Virus record (IMG/VR): IMGVR_UViG_3300049780_000024
Location: 1-45,157 of that record
DNA: 45,157 nt
Reading direction: 5' to 3' (one strand)
DNA from: a virus
Lineage: Duplodnaviria; Caudoviricetes
The position numbers and the translations under genes are program-made. This document shows positions 8,921 to 18,602 of the stretch, in pieces. Under the pieces are notes generated by a model. It saw nothing but the letters and a program-made list of their open reading frames with translations, was not told the DNA's origin and did not search any database. The first letter of the stretch is position 1. The number at the start of each line of letters is the position of its first letter.

Positions 8921-10467
8921 TGGCGACCGCGGTCCGCGCGCCCGGCTACCTTGACGGGCTGGACGCCGAGACGTTCGACCTGGCGGAGTACCTCGCCCAG
9001 TTCGACGGCCGGCTTCTCGCCGACCCTGACGGCCGCCGCACCCTCACCCGCCTCGACCCGCTCCTGTTCGGCCTCACCTACCTGCGGCACCATCTCCGCG
9101 ACAGCGAAGGCCACATCACCTTCGGCGACGCCCACCTCGACTGGTGCCGCGCCGCACGCAAATGGGTACGCCCGCCCACCCGGCCAGCCGTGGACCGCGA
9201 CGCCTACATCGCCCCCCGCAACATGGGCAAGTCCACGTGGTGGTTCCTGATCCTGCCGATGTGGGCTGCTGCGCACGGGCACGTCAAGTTCGCCGCGGCG
9301 TTCGCGTCGTCAGCCACCCAGGCGGAGACGCATCTATCCACGTTCAAGGCGGAGATCGACCGCAACGAGCTGCTGCGCCGGGACTTCCGCACCCTGTGCA
9401 CGCCGGCCAAGCGGCCATCGGGCGCCAATGTGGCGGACACGCAGTCGATGTACATCGCCGAGTCCGGGTTCGTGTTCGCAGCCCGCGGCATCGACTCCTC
9501 CAATCTCGGCATGAAGGTCGGGGAGCGGCGGCCTGACCTCCTGCTCTGTGACGACATCGAGCCGGACGAGAGCAGCTACTCGGCGGACCAGGCGGAGAAG
9601 CGCCGCAAAACCCTCGTCGACGCGATCCTGCCGCTGAACGTCTACGCCAGGGTGGTGATCTCCGGCACCGTCACCATGCCGGGCAGCATCATCCACCAGC
9701 TCGTCAAGCACGGCCGCGGCGTCGAAACCGCCGACTGGGTGCGGGAGGAAGGTGTCACCGCCCACTACACGCCGCCGATCATCAAGCGCGACGATGGCAC
9801 GGAGCGCAGCGTGTGGCCGGCGAAGTGGCCGCTGTCCTATCTCAAGTCGATCGAGCACACCCGGTCGTTCGCGAAGAACTACGCCAACGATCCGATGGGC
9901 GCCGACGGGGACCTGTGGACGCCGGACGACTTCCGCTACCCGGGCGAGGAGGGCGTGGACCCGGTGACGCACATGATGCTGTCGATCGACCCTGCGGTCA
10001 CGGCGAAGAAGGGCTCCGACTTCACGGCGATGGCGGTGGTGTCGTGGTCGGCGCAGCATCGCCGCTGCACCGTGCACGCGGCCGTCGCCCTCAAGGTCCA
10101 GCCTGGCCCTCTGTTGCGCGACCGGGTGCTGGCGATGCTCGATGAGTTCCCGGAAATCGGTCTCATCCTGATCGAGGTCAACCAGGGCGGCGACACCTGG
10201 CAGGCGATCCTGCATGGCATGCCGGTCAGGGTGAAGACGGTGCAGCAGACGGAGAACAAGTTCACGCGCGCTGAGGGGGTGTTGAACCACTACCAGCGTG
10301 GGCGGGTGATCCATGCTCGTCGGCTGGTCGAGTTGGAGCAGCAGATGTGCGCCTTCCCGAAGGCGCCGCATGACGACCTCGTCGACTGCGTCGGTTCGGC
10401 GATCCGGCGATTCATCCCCAACAAGACCCGTGAGGTATCGAAGGCGACAAAGGCAAGTTACCTTTGA
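8920..10467 (+). CDS. terL: Terminase large subunit
   Basis: Walker A APRNMGKST, Walker B LLLCDD, nuclease motifs IDPA and HDDLVD. Confidence 0.92.
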   Translation: MATAVRAPGYLDGLDAETFDLAEYLAQFDGRLLADPDGRRTLTRLDPLLFGLTYLRHHLRDSEGHITFGDAHLDWCRAARKWVRPPTRPAVDRDAYIAPRNMGKSTWWFLILPMWAAAHGHVKFAAAFASSATQAETHLSTFKAEIDRNELLRRDFRTLCTPAKRPSGANVADTQSMYIAESGFVFAARGIDSSNLGMKVGERRPDLLLCDDIEPDESSYSADQAEKRRKTLVDAILPLNVYARVVISGTVTMPGSIIHQLVKHGRGVETADWVREEGVTAHYTPPIIKRDDGTERSVWPAKWPLSYLKSIEHTRSFAKNYANDPMGADGDLWTPDDFRYPGEEGVDPVTHMMLSIDPAVTAKKGSDFTAMAVVSWSAQHRRCTVHAAVALKVQPGPLLRDRVLAMLDEFPEIGLILIEVNQGGDTWQAILHGMPVRVKTVQQTENKFTRAEGVLNHYQRGRVIHARRLVELEQQMCAFPKAPHDDLVDCVGSAIRRFIPNKTREVSKATKASYL

Positions 10468-10480
10468 TTCCAAGGTGACT
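10456..10480. promoter_or_regulatory. Operator-like motif (copy 2) upstream of the portal gene
   Basis: AGTTACCT-TTGATTCCA-AGGTGACT near-palindrome followed by TATGCT. Confidence 0.6.
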
Positions 10481-10512
10481 GCGTATGCTTGCCTTGACGA
10501 GGGAGGGCCGCA

Positions 10513-12033
10513 TTGGATGACGAGTCGCTCGACGACCTCATGTACGGCATCGAAGAGCTAAAGGCCGCCCGCCCCGACTACGACCGGGCCGAGGCCTACT
10601 ACGACGGCAAAGTCCCCGAGGTCTTCAGCTCGACCCGCATCCGCCGCGCCCTCGCCGCGAACGACATCGACTTCGACCTCAACTTCGCCCGCACCCCCGT
10701 CGACGCCGTCACCAACCGGCTCAAGATCGCATCGGTCACCAGCCCCGACGACGCCGTCAACACGCTCATCTCGAAGATCTGGCAAGACAACCAGCTCAAC
10801 CTCGAGATGCCAGACCTCATGCGCAGGGCCGGCGAGTACGGGGACGCCTACCTCTTCGTCCTGCCCGTCGAAGACGAGGGCGGCACGGTCGTGCGCGTCG
10901 ACATGTTCTACAACTCGCCGCAGACCGTGCGCGTGATCTACAGCGAGGACAACCCGCGTCGCAAGGCGTACACGATCAAGAAGTGGTGTGAGGGCGGCCG
11001 TCACCGCGCCGAACTCCTCTACGACGACCGCATCGAACGCTGGACCACCGCCAAGAACTCCGACGGCACCAAGCCCGGCGACTGGGTGCGCTGGCCGGCG
11101 GAGGACGGCGACCCCGAGTCGTGGCTTCAGGAACACGACTGGGGCGAGCAGCCCGTCTTCCACTTCCGGACCGACCGCCCCTACGGCGTGCCCGAGCACT
11201 ACGGCGCCTACGGCCCGCAGAACGCCATCACCAAACTGCAGGCCACCCACATGGGTACCGTCGACTACCAGGGCGCACCCCAGCGGTACGCGCTCACCGA
11301 GAACGCCACCACCGACACCTCCGACCTTGAGCCCGGCGACTTCGACGACTTCCCCGCTGACGATGCGGGCGCTGGCCCCACCGACTCGGGCGACGACAGC
11401 AGCCTCAAGGCCGGGCCTGGCGAACTGTGGCTGCTGCGCGGGTTCAAGGGCGTGGGCCAGTTCGATGCGGCGAAGCCCGACGTGTTCTTGGACCCGATCC
11501 AGTTCAACGTGCGGGCGATGGCGCAGATCACGGACACGCCGCTGCGCATGTTCGACCCGCAGTCCAACCAGCGGAGCGGCGAGTCGTACCGTGAGGAAGA
11601 CGGGCCGTTCATCAGCAAGGTCGAGAACCGGCAAACCTCCTACGGCGCCAGCCTCCATGAAGCGTTCGTGTTCGCCCTGCGCCGCTTCGGCGTGGTCGAC
11701 CCGGTCGTCAACGTGGACTGGGTGCCCGCCAAGAGCGTGACGGACGCGCAGGGCTGGCAGACCGTCAAGGCGAAGATCGACGCCGGGGTGCCGCGCAGGC
11801 ATGCCCTCATGGAGGCCGGATACCGAGCCGAGCAGGTCGACGCCTGGCTGGCCGGTGTGGACGACGCGGAGCTGCAGCGTCGCACCGCCATCCTCGCCAG
11901 TCTCGCCGACTCTGCCCAGAAGCTGGGTGCCGCCACCGCCCTGGGTGTGGTCACCAGCGAGCAGGCCCAGCAGCTCCTCAATGGGGCCCTGTCCGACATG
12001 GAGCTCCTCGCCGAAGCGCAGGCCAAAGAATGA
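10513..12033 (+). CDS. Portal protein (SPP1 gp6-like)
   Basis: YYDG...NFARTPVD N-terminus, size, position after terL; TTG start with GGGAGG RBS. Confidence 0.88.
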   Translation: MDDESLDDLMYGIEELKAARPDYDRAEAYYDGKVPEVFSSTRIRRALAANDIDFDLNFARTPVDAVTNRLKIASVTSPDDAVNTLISKIWQDNQLNLEMPDLMRRAGEYGDAYLFVLPVEDEGGTVVRVDMFYNSPQTVRVIYSEDNPRRKAYTIKKWCEGGRHRAELLYDDRIERWTTAKNSDGTKPGDWVRWPAEDGDPESWLQEHDWGEQPVFHFRTDRPYGVPEHYGAYGPQNAITKLQATHMGTVDYQGAPQRYALTENATTDTSDLEPGDFDDFPADDAGAGPTDSGDDSSLKAGPGELWLLRGFKGVGQFDAAKPDVFLDPIQFNVRAMAQITDTPLRMFDPQSNQRSGESYREEDGPFISKVENRQTSYGASLHEAFVFALRRFGVVDPVVNVDWVPAKSVTDAQGWQTVKAKIDAGVPRRHALMEAGYRAEQVDAWLAGVDDAELQRRTAILASLADSAQKLGAATALGVVTSEQAQQLLNGALSDMELLAEAQAKE

Positions 12034-13070
12034 TGGCCCGCCGCCCCGATCACGGCGAGGAACTCGCCCGCCTCATCCAAGGCGAGCAGACCGACGAAGT
12101 GCGCGCCATCGAGGACCGCATCGCCGCACGAGCCCTGGGCCGCCTCGACGCCCGCTTCGACGTCCTCGCCCAGCGGTCCATCACCGCCTGGGTCGCCGCA
12201 TTCGGCGACGTCCAGGCGGAGGCCTCCAGCCCCAGCGCGCTCCGCCGCATCCTCGGCGCGATCCGGGCGGCGATCCGCCGCCTCCTCCACCCGCTCGCAC
12301 CCCGCGCCGAGCAGGCCCTCAGCGACGCACTCCTCGAAGCCGTTCGGCTCGGCGCCAGCCAGCACGCCGCCTTCCTCGACGAAGCCACCGGCAGAAACCG
12401 GCGACCCGTATCGACACGCCCCTCTCGTCGCCTGCGTGAACGCGTATCCGCCATCAGCGACGCGGTGGCCGACCACCGCGACCGGGCCCTCGCCATGCTC
12501 CGCCCTAACCGCGTCCGCCGCTGGGCCGACGCCCAGGCCGGTATCGGCGTCGCACGCAACGCCACCACCGCTGTCCGCACCCACATCACCACCGTCGTCG
12601 GCGAGGCCGTCAACGAAGCCACCCAGGCCGCCATCGACTACACCGGCGCCAAGAAGGTGTGGATCGCCGAGCGGGACGCCTGCGTCAACTGCGCCGCCTA
12701 CGCCGGACTCGTCGTTGCCGCCGACGCCACGTTCCCGGCCGGCCTGTCGTGGGATCCCAAGCAGCGTGGCCGCGGCGAAGCCCTCGACGCGCCGCCGCTG
12801 CATCCGAACTGCCGGTGCCGTGTGACGGCGTGGGACGAGTCTTGGGCGCAGCCGGGCGCCATCTCGATGCCGGAGGCGCTGCGCCGTGAGGCGCGCCGCT
12901 CGATCGCCCGCGGCTGGTCCCTACCCACCGAATCCGGCGCAGCCCGCATACGGGCCGCCCGCGAACTCCTGCGCGTCGGCGCCAACCTACCGAAGAGCGT
13001 GGAGGAACGCGCCCGCCTCGCCGTGGCCGCCGGCCGCTTCCAGGACCGCACCGTCCCGACCGGCCCGTGA
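12030..13070 (+). CDS. MuF/SPP1 gp7-like minor head protein
   Basis: CxxC plus PPLHPNCRC signature. Confidence 0.85.
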   Translation: MMARRPDHGEELARLIQGEQTDEVRAIEDRIAARALGRLDARFDVLAQRSITAWVAAFGDVQAEASSPSALRRILGAIRAAIRRLLHPLAPRAEQALSDALLEAVRLGASQHAAFLDEATGRNRRPVSTRPSRRLRERVSAISDAVADHRDRALAMLRPNRVRRWADAQAGIGVARNATTAVRTHITTVVGEAVNEATQAAIDYTGAKKVWIAERDACVNCAAYAGLVVAADATFPAGLSWDPKQRGRGEALDAPPLHPNCRCRVTAWDESWAQPGAISMPEALRREARRSIARGWSLPTESGAARIRAARELLRVGANLPKSVEERARLAVAAGRFQDRTVPTGP

Positions 13071-13102
13071 TGGGCAACCCGCAACCCCGTGATGGGAGCA
13101 CC

Positions 13103-13864
13103 ATGAACGACCTTGAGCTTGACTCGACCGAGGCCACCGCCGCGATCAGCTTGCCGCCCGGCACGATCCTCGGATACCGCGCCGACGGCAGGCCCATCCA
13201 CGTCATAGCCGGAGGCGCCGAGACCGACGACGAGCCGGACACTGAGGTGCCCGACGAGGAGCCGGAGGCCACCGACGAGCCCGAGCCGGAGGAGGACGAC
13301 AAGCCGAAGCCCAAGCCTCCCGCAGGGAAGAAGGAAGACCCCGAGTCGGACGAGGAGTACGTGCCCCCGTCGCGAGAGGAGTGGGAGCGGGTTCGCCGCA
13401 CTCTCGCCAAGCGGAAGCAGGAGAAGCTCGACGTGCAGCGGCAACTCAACGAGCTGCGCGACAAGCACCGCGACCAGGAGACCGAAACCGAGAAGGCTAT
13501 CCGCGAGGCAGCGGAGAAGGCCGAGGCGCGCTACAAGCCGATCGTGGTGAAGAAGGCCGCCCGCGCCGCGCTTATTCAGGCCGGGGCGACGGCCGCCGTC
13601 GAGGGTGACAAGGAGAAGTCCGAGGCCCGGCTGACACGGCTGCTCAAGCTGATCGACGTGAGCGACCTGAGCATTGAGGACGACGGCGAGGTGCTGGGGT
13701 TGGATGAGCAGGTCGAGAGCCTGCGAGCCGATTACCCGGAGCTTTTCGACGCGCAGGCGCGGAAGGCGAAGGTGCGGCCGACGGGGGCGCCTCGCCAGCC
13801 GGCCCCGGAGAAGCCCAAGTCGACGGCGGAGCTGCACGCGGCGCGACTGCTGGGCAGGACTTGA
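13103..13864 (+). CDS. Capsid scaffolding protein
   Basis: Acidic N-terminus, coiled coil, YPELF motif, lies directly before the MCP gene. Confidence 0.8.
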   Translation: MNDLELDSTEATAAISLPPGTILGYRADGRPIHVIAGGAETDDEPDTEVPDEEPEATDEPEPEEDDKPKPKPPAGKKEDPESDEEYVPPSREEWERVRRTLAKRKQEKLDVQRQLNELRDKHRDQETETEKAIREAAEKAEARYKPIVVKKAARAALIQAGATAAVEGDKEKSEARLTRLLKLIDVSDLSIEDDGEVLGLDEQVESLRADYPELFDAQARKAKVRPTGAPRQPAPEKPKSTAELHAARLLGRT

Positions 13865-14002
13865 CCACAAGAGGTATATTCAGCACCAGGTGAATTGTTC
13901 CGGTGATCGGAGCGAGCCGCCGCCCTTGCTTGCGAAGGCGCCCGTGATGGGGCCCGAGCCTCAACCGCTTACCCCCATCACGCCGCCCGCAGGAGGGCCA
14001 GC

Positions 14003-14917
14003 ATGGCGCGCAACACGCTCGAGGCGTGGATCCCGGAAGAGTACGAGTCGTCCCGGGTCATCCAGTCCATCAACCAGATCTCCGCCGTTGAGGCGCTCGC
14101 CGCCCGCATCCCCATGGGCTCCGACACCAAGCACGTGCCGCGCACCGCAGGCATGGGTGTCGACGTGGTCGCCAAGGGCGGCGCCTACGGCGAGGACACC
14201 AGCCTCAACGACGAGGTGCTGCTGACCGCGGTCAAGTTCGGTAAGGCCGCGCGCATCGCCGAGGAGGACATCAACGACTCGGTGGCGAACGTCATCGAGG
14301 CGAAGATGGTCGGCTGGGGCAAGTCCTACGCCAAGATGATCGACAACGCGAGCCTCGCGGTGTCGGCCGCGGCCAACGGCACCACCGTGCCGTTCACGTC
14401 GCTGTACCAGCTGCTCTCCACCACGGACGCCACCCTCAGCTACACCGGCGGCGCCAACATCACCACCGCCGCGTCCGCCGGGCTGCCGACCTACACGGAG
14501 TTCTCCACCGCGATCGCCTCCGTCGAGTCCGGCGACTACTTCGACCCCGGCAGCATGATGGCCATCGCCCACCCGGCGTTCCGCAAGAGCCTGCGCGGTG
14601 TCGTCGACGGCCAGTCCCGCCCGATCTTCAACGAGAACGGCGCCGGAACCCCCGACACGATCTTCGGTGTCCCGGTCCGCTGGAGCCTCGGCGCGAAGAT
14701 CTCCGCCACCGCCACGCCCACCCCGACCGGACGGCCGATCATGGCGTTCGTCAACCCCGAGCTCATGCTCCTCGGCGTCCGCTCCGGCCCCGAAAGTGTG
14801 TTCATCGACGGCCGCGACGGACTGTCCGCCCTCACCGACGAGTCGATCCTCAAGATGCGCGCCCGCCGCGGCTGGGCCTACGGCCACCCCAACGGCGCGT
14901 CGATCCTCGTCGGCTGA
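14003..14917 (+). CDS. Major capsid protein (HK97 fold)
   Basis: WIPEE N-terminus, D-G-x-x-RPIF and TIFGVPV motifs; AGGAGG RBS. Confidence 0.88.
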   Translation: MARNTLEAWIPEEYESSRVIQSINQISAVEALAARIPMGSDTKHVPRTAGMGVDVVAKGGAYGEDTSLNDEVLLTAVKFGKAARIAEEDINDSVANVIEAKMVGWGKSYAKMIDNASLAVSAAANGTTVPFTSLYQLLSTTDATLSYTGGANITTAASAGLPTYTEFSTAIASVESGDYFDPGSMMAIAHPAFRKSLRGVVDGQSRPIFNENGAGTPDTIFGVPVRWSLGAKISATATPTPTGRPIMAFVNPELMLLGVRSGPESVFIDGRDGLSALTDESILKMRARRGWAYGHPNGASILVG

Positions 14918-14929
14918 TCACCCCCAAAC

Positions 14930-14962
14930 GCCGTACCGCCCGCCGGCTCCGGGCGGTACGGC
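14930..14962 (+). terminator. 13-bp perfect stem hairpin after the MCP gene
   Basis: GCCGTACCGCCCG / CGGGCGGTACGGC. Confidence 0.7.
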
Positions 14963-14982
14963 CCACAGAAGGGAGGTGAGCC

Positions 14983-15435
14983 GTGGCAACCAGGAAGACC
15001 AACAGCAGCAAGACCAGCACCGAGGCGCAGGCCCCGAAGGGCGAGGACCGCGAGCAGCTCCGGCAGCGGCAGTTCCCCGCGAAGGCCGGCGCACCCGAGG
15101 TCGAGGTCGACGAACGCTCCGCCGACGGCGCTGAGGGCACCCGCCACGTCAAGGAGTTCGTCGTCCCCGCCGCGCGGTGGACGGGCGAGGACTACCAGCA
15201 CGAGGCGAACCGTGCCGGTGTCGTGAACGAGGCGATCCAGCGCGGCCTCCACCCGCGCGGCGACGTCTCCTTCGACGGCCAGGAGGAGCACGCCGACGGC
15301 GTCTCGCTCGTCCTCACCTACTCGGTGGAGACGGTCCCGTCCTCGGTCGATGACCAGCCAGAGGACACCACGACCCCGCGCGACGTCATCGAGGCCGACG
15401 GCAAGGACACCAGCAGCAGCAAGAGCGAGGGCTGA
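14983..15435 (+). CDS. Head-region protein of unknown function
   Basis: GGAGGT RBS; lies between MCP and adaptor. Confidence 0.75.
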   Translation: MATRKTNSSKTSTEAQAPKGEDREQLRQRQFPAKAGAPEVEVDERSADGAEGTRHVKEFVVPAARWTGEDYQHEANRAGVVNEAIQRGLHPRGDVSFDGQEEHADGVSLVLTYSVETVPSSVDDQPEDTTTPRDVIEADGKDTSSSKSEG

Positions 15436-15436
15436 C

Positions 15437-15883
15437 ATGGTCGACGCCTGGGCCACCCCGCAGCAAGTCATCGACATCACCGGCACCACGGTGACCGATG
15501 GCCAACTGTTGCAGGCCCAGTCGTCGATCGAGATGCTCTCCAACCGGATCTTCGACGACACCGCGCGCATCCGCACCCGTGACCTGTACTGGCTGCGCAA
15601 GGCCGTCGCCTACCAGGCGGCGTGGCTGAAGGGCCAATACGACCTGCACACCCGCCTGGACGCCAACCAGGTACAGCAGGACGGGGTCGTCGCCAGCCTC
15701 ACCGATAAGGCGATGCTGCTGGGGCCGGAGGCTAAGCAGGCCTTGCAGCGCTGCTCCTGGATGCGGTCCCGCACCGTTCACGTGCGGTCGCCGTTCGTCG
15801 ACGGGCCGGGCGGCTACGCCGACCCGCTGTCCGACGCCAGCGACGAGCAGTTCATGTGGACGCCGGTGGGTGATGAAGCGTGA
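15437..15883 (+). CDS. Head-tail adaptor
   Basis: WATPxxV N-terminus, AVAYQA motif, position. Confidence 0.7.
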   Translation: MVDAWATPQQVIDITGTTVTDGQLLQAQSSIEMLSNRIFDDTARIRTRDLYWLRKAVAYQAAWLKGQYDLHTRLDANQVQQDGVVASLTDKAMLLGPEAKQALQRCSWMRSRTVHVRSPFVDGPGGYADPLSDASDEQFMWTPVGDEA

Positions 15884-16215
15884 ACCTGGCCACCACCACC
15901 GTCAGCATCCTCGGAGGCACCAGCACCGACGAGTTCGGTGACGAAACGGACGGCACCACGGTGCTGGCCTCCGGGGTGCCGGCGTCGCTGATCGAGTCGA
16001 CACGCACCGCGATGGAGCCCGCTACCGGCACGCCGCGCATCATCCGCACCCACATCTGCCGTTTGCCGCCCGGCACGGCGGTCGACGAAACCCGGCGGAT
16101 CAAGGACGAGCAGACCAGCGAGATCTACATCGTCGTCTCCGTCACCCGCAACGCCAATCCGGTCCTCACGCAGCCCCTGCGCGCCGACCTGAAACGCACA
16201 GGACGAGCCGCCTAA
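15880..16215 (+). CDS. Head closure/stopper protein
   Basis: TDEFGD motif, beta-rich, position. Confidence 0.65.
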   Translation: MNLATTTVSILGGTSTDEFGDETDGTTVLASGVPASLIESTRTAMEPATGTPRIIRTHICRLPPGTAVDETRRIKDEQTSEIYIVVSVTRNANPVLTQPLRADLKRTGRAA

Positions 16216-16318
16216 CAGCGGCTCCGACATACCGATCGCCCCGCCGGCACCCACGGCCCGTAAACGGCCAGCCGACAGGGCAGCCAGACCCACCAGCCGT
16301 AGAGGAGGTGCAGGAGCA

Positions 16319-16693
16319 ATGAGTGCTGCGTTCACGCTCACCGTCAACAGCAGTTGGCCGGACGAAGTCGACCGTGCCACCTCCCGCTTCCTCCACCGGC
16401 TGGGCCCTGACATCGAGAACGACGCCAAACGTTTCGCGGCCGTCGACACCGGGCTGATGCAGTCCCGCATCTACCACGAGGTCAACGACCTCTCCCTGCG
16501 GGTCGGGGTGCGCAACGTCGAGTACTGGATGACCGTCGAGTTCGGCTCCGCCCCCCACGTCATCACCCCCGTCAACAAGAAGGCCCTCTACTGGCCAGGG
16601 GCCCGCCACCCCGTCGCTCGCGTCAACCATCCCGGCACCCCAGTGCAGCCGTTCCTCCGTCCCGCCCTGTTCCGAAGGCGGGAGGCGCTCTGA
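16319..16693 (+). CDS. HK97 gp10-like neck protein
   Basis: VDTGxM, VEFG and QPFLRPA signatures. Confidence 0.8.
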   Translation: MSAAFTLTVNSSWPDEVDRATSRFLHRLGPDIENDAKRFAAVDTGLMQSRIYHEVNDLSLRVGVRNVEYWMTVEFGSAPHVITPVNKKALYWPGARHPVARVNHPGTPVQPFLRPALFRRREAL

Positions 16694-17145
16694 TGGCCCC
16701 GACCCCCCGCGCAAACTCGGAACTGGTCGCCGTCGCTTGGCTGCAAGGCGCCACCGGAATGGAGGCCGGCCAGGTCGCCACCACACTGCCCAGTGACACC
16801 ACCGCCTGGGAGACGAACGGGTTCGTGCAGGTGCCGATGGTCGTCGGCGGGACACCACAGCTCTACTACGCGCTGCGGGAGCCGGTCGTCCAGGTGGACG
16901 CATGGGCCGTCAACCCGAGCTCCGGCAAGCCTCCGTGGGGTAAGGCGGCCAGCTTGATGGAGCTGATCGTCGCGGCGACCTACGACACGGACCGCATGCA
17001 GCGCACCCTCTCTCTGCCCGCGGGTTACCCCCAGGCCCGGGTGATGACCGCGCATCTGGTGACCGAGCCGCGACGGATTCCCAGCGACGACGCCTCCTAC
17101 GCACGCTTCACCGCCGACCTCGCCCTGCACTGGATCACCCTCTAG
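16693..17145 (+). CDS. Tail terminator
   Basis: VQVDAWA motif, position before the tail tube gene. Confidence 0.7.
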   Translation: MAPTPRANSELVAVAWLQGATGMEAGQVATTLPSDTTAWETNGFVQVPMVVGGTPQLYYALREPVVQVDAWAVNPSSGKPPWGKAASLMELIVAATYDTDRMQRTLSLPAGYPQARVMTAHLVTEPRRIPSDDASYARFTADLALHWITL

Positions 17146-17152
17146 GAGCGCC

Positions 17153-17335
17153 ATGCCGACCGTCCGCACGACCATGCAGCCCGACGTCGACCTCGAGGTG
17201 TCCGACACCGAGTACGTCGACCTGAAGCGGCAGAGCCTCCTCGTCGAGGAAGCGGAGGGCAACAAGCCCTCGCCTGCCGTTGCTCCTGCCGCCGCACCGG
17301 CCAAGTCCCCCGCCACCGCGAAGAGCAAGGAGTAG
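17153..17335 (+). CDS. Small hypothetical virion-region protein
   Basis: AGGAG RBS, operonic. Confidence 0.7.
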   Translation: MPTVRTTMQPDVDLEVSDTEYVDLKRQSLLVEEAEGNKPSPAVAPAAAPAKSPATAKSKE

Positions 17336-17338
17336 GCC

Positions 17339-17899
17339 ATGGCGGTCACCACCACCAACCTGATCATGGGTCCGGCGGACCTGTACATCGCCAGCTTCGG
17401 CGCCGTCGAGCCGACCGACACAACGGTCAACACGACCCCGGCGGCCTCGTCGTGGACGGATCTCGGCGGCACGCAGGACGGCGTCAAGCTGTCGATCGAC
17501 CAGACGTACACGCCGCTCGAGGTCGACCAGATCGTCGACGAGCCCGGGGCCCGTCTGACGAAGCGCATGTTCACCATCGAGACCAACTTGGCCGAGCCGA
17601 CGCTGGAGAACCTCAAGTTCCTCCTCAACGACGGCACCGCCGCGTCCGGGGCGGGCTACAAGAGCTTCGAGCCGATCTACGCCAGCTCGGCGACGCAGCC
17701 CACGTACCGGGCCGTCATCCTCGACGGCTACGCCCCCAACCAGGTGCGGCGCCGCTTCATCATCCGCAAGTGCCTGTCCAACGACAAGGTCGAGTCCACC
17801 TACAAGAAGGACGGACAGACCCTCTTCACCGTCAAGTGGCAGGGCTTCTACGTGTCCGCCTCCATCGCCCCGTTCAAGCTCATTGACGCCACAAGCTAG
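17339..17899 (+). CDS. Major tail (tube) protein
   Basis: WTDLGGTQDGV and LAEPTLENL motifs. Confidence 0.8.
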   Translation: MAVTTTNLIMGPADLYIASFGAVEPTDTTVNTTPAASSWTDLGGTQDGVKLSIDQTYTPLEVDQIVDEPGARLTKRMFTIETNLAEPTLENLKFLLNDGTAASGAGYKSFEPIYASSATQPTYRAVILDGYAPNQVRRRFIIRKCLSNDKVESTYKKDGQTLFTVKWQGFYVSASIAPFKLIDATS

Positions 17900-17908
17900 G
17901 AGCCGACT

Positions 17909-18319
17909 GTGACCACCCGAGCGCCCAAGACCCGCACCGCTCCGGTGCCCGCCGAAGACGACGGCGTGCTGCGCATCACCACCTCCACGAACAAGCCTGT
18001 CGAGGAGGCCCGCAGGACGCTGTTCGTCATCGACGACGAAGAGTTCACCGTCCCCAAGGTCATCGACGAGCGCCTCGTCTACCTGGCCATGAACTCCGTG
18101 CGCACCGAAGGCGCCGTCTTCGGCGCGATGTACCTCACCGAACTCCTCCTCGGCGAGGGGCAGTACAAGCAGCTGAACAAGCTGTACGAGCAGCGGGCGA
18201 TCACCCAAGAGCAGTTCGACGACATCACCAAGCGCGTCAACGACCTGTTCTTCAACCACGTCAACCCGGGCAGCGAGGACGAAGAGGGAAAAGCTTCACC
18301 CGCTTCGCCCAGCGACTAG
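17909..18319 (+). CDS. Tail assembly chaperone (G)
   Basis: Between tail tube and TMP; ends ...EEGK over a G GGA AAA slippery site. Confidence 0.8.
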   Translation: MTTRAPKTRTAPVPAEDDGVLRITTSTNKPVEEARRTLFVIDDEEFTVPKVIDERLVYLAMNSVRTEGAVFGAMYLTELLLGEGQYKQLNKLYEQRAITQEQFDDITKRVNDLFFNHVNPGSEDEEGKASPASPSD

Positions 18320-18597
18320 CCGACCACGCCTGGATCGTCGACCACCAAGACGACCTCGACGCCGACTTCCTCGCCATCTACCACATCGACCTCGAGACCA
18401 CCGTGGTCGGCGCCAAACGCTTCCTGTCCCTCGCCACCAGGCTGCCCGCCTACCAGAGCGTGCTGGCAGCCCGCATGGCCGCCGAAGAGGAAACCCAACC
18501 CGCACCCCCCGCCCGCGACGCTGACGCCTCCGACGAGACGTCCGTCGACGCCATGAACTTGCTCGTCCCCGGCCTGATCGAACGCGTGGAGGTGTAA
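18286..18597 (+). CDS. Tail chaperone GT extension via programmed -1 frameshift
   Basis: G GGA AAA at 18286-18292; -1 frame open to 18597 (…WIVDHQDDLDADFLAIYHIDL…RLPAYQSV…). Confidence 0.8.
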   Translation, partial: GKSFTRFAQRLADHAWIVDHQDDLDADFLAIYHIDLETTVVGAKRFLSLATRLPAYQSVLAARMAAEEETQPAPPARDADASDETSVDAMNLLVPGLIERVEV

Positions 18598-18602
18598 GCG
18601 GA

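Noticed and set aside
13861-13880. TTGACC...TATATT as a sigma70-type promoter for the MCP gene
   Set aside because: Only 8 bp separate the hexamers
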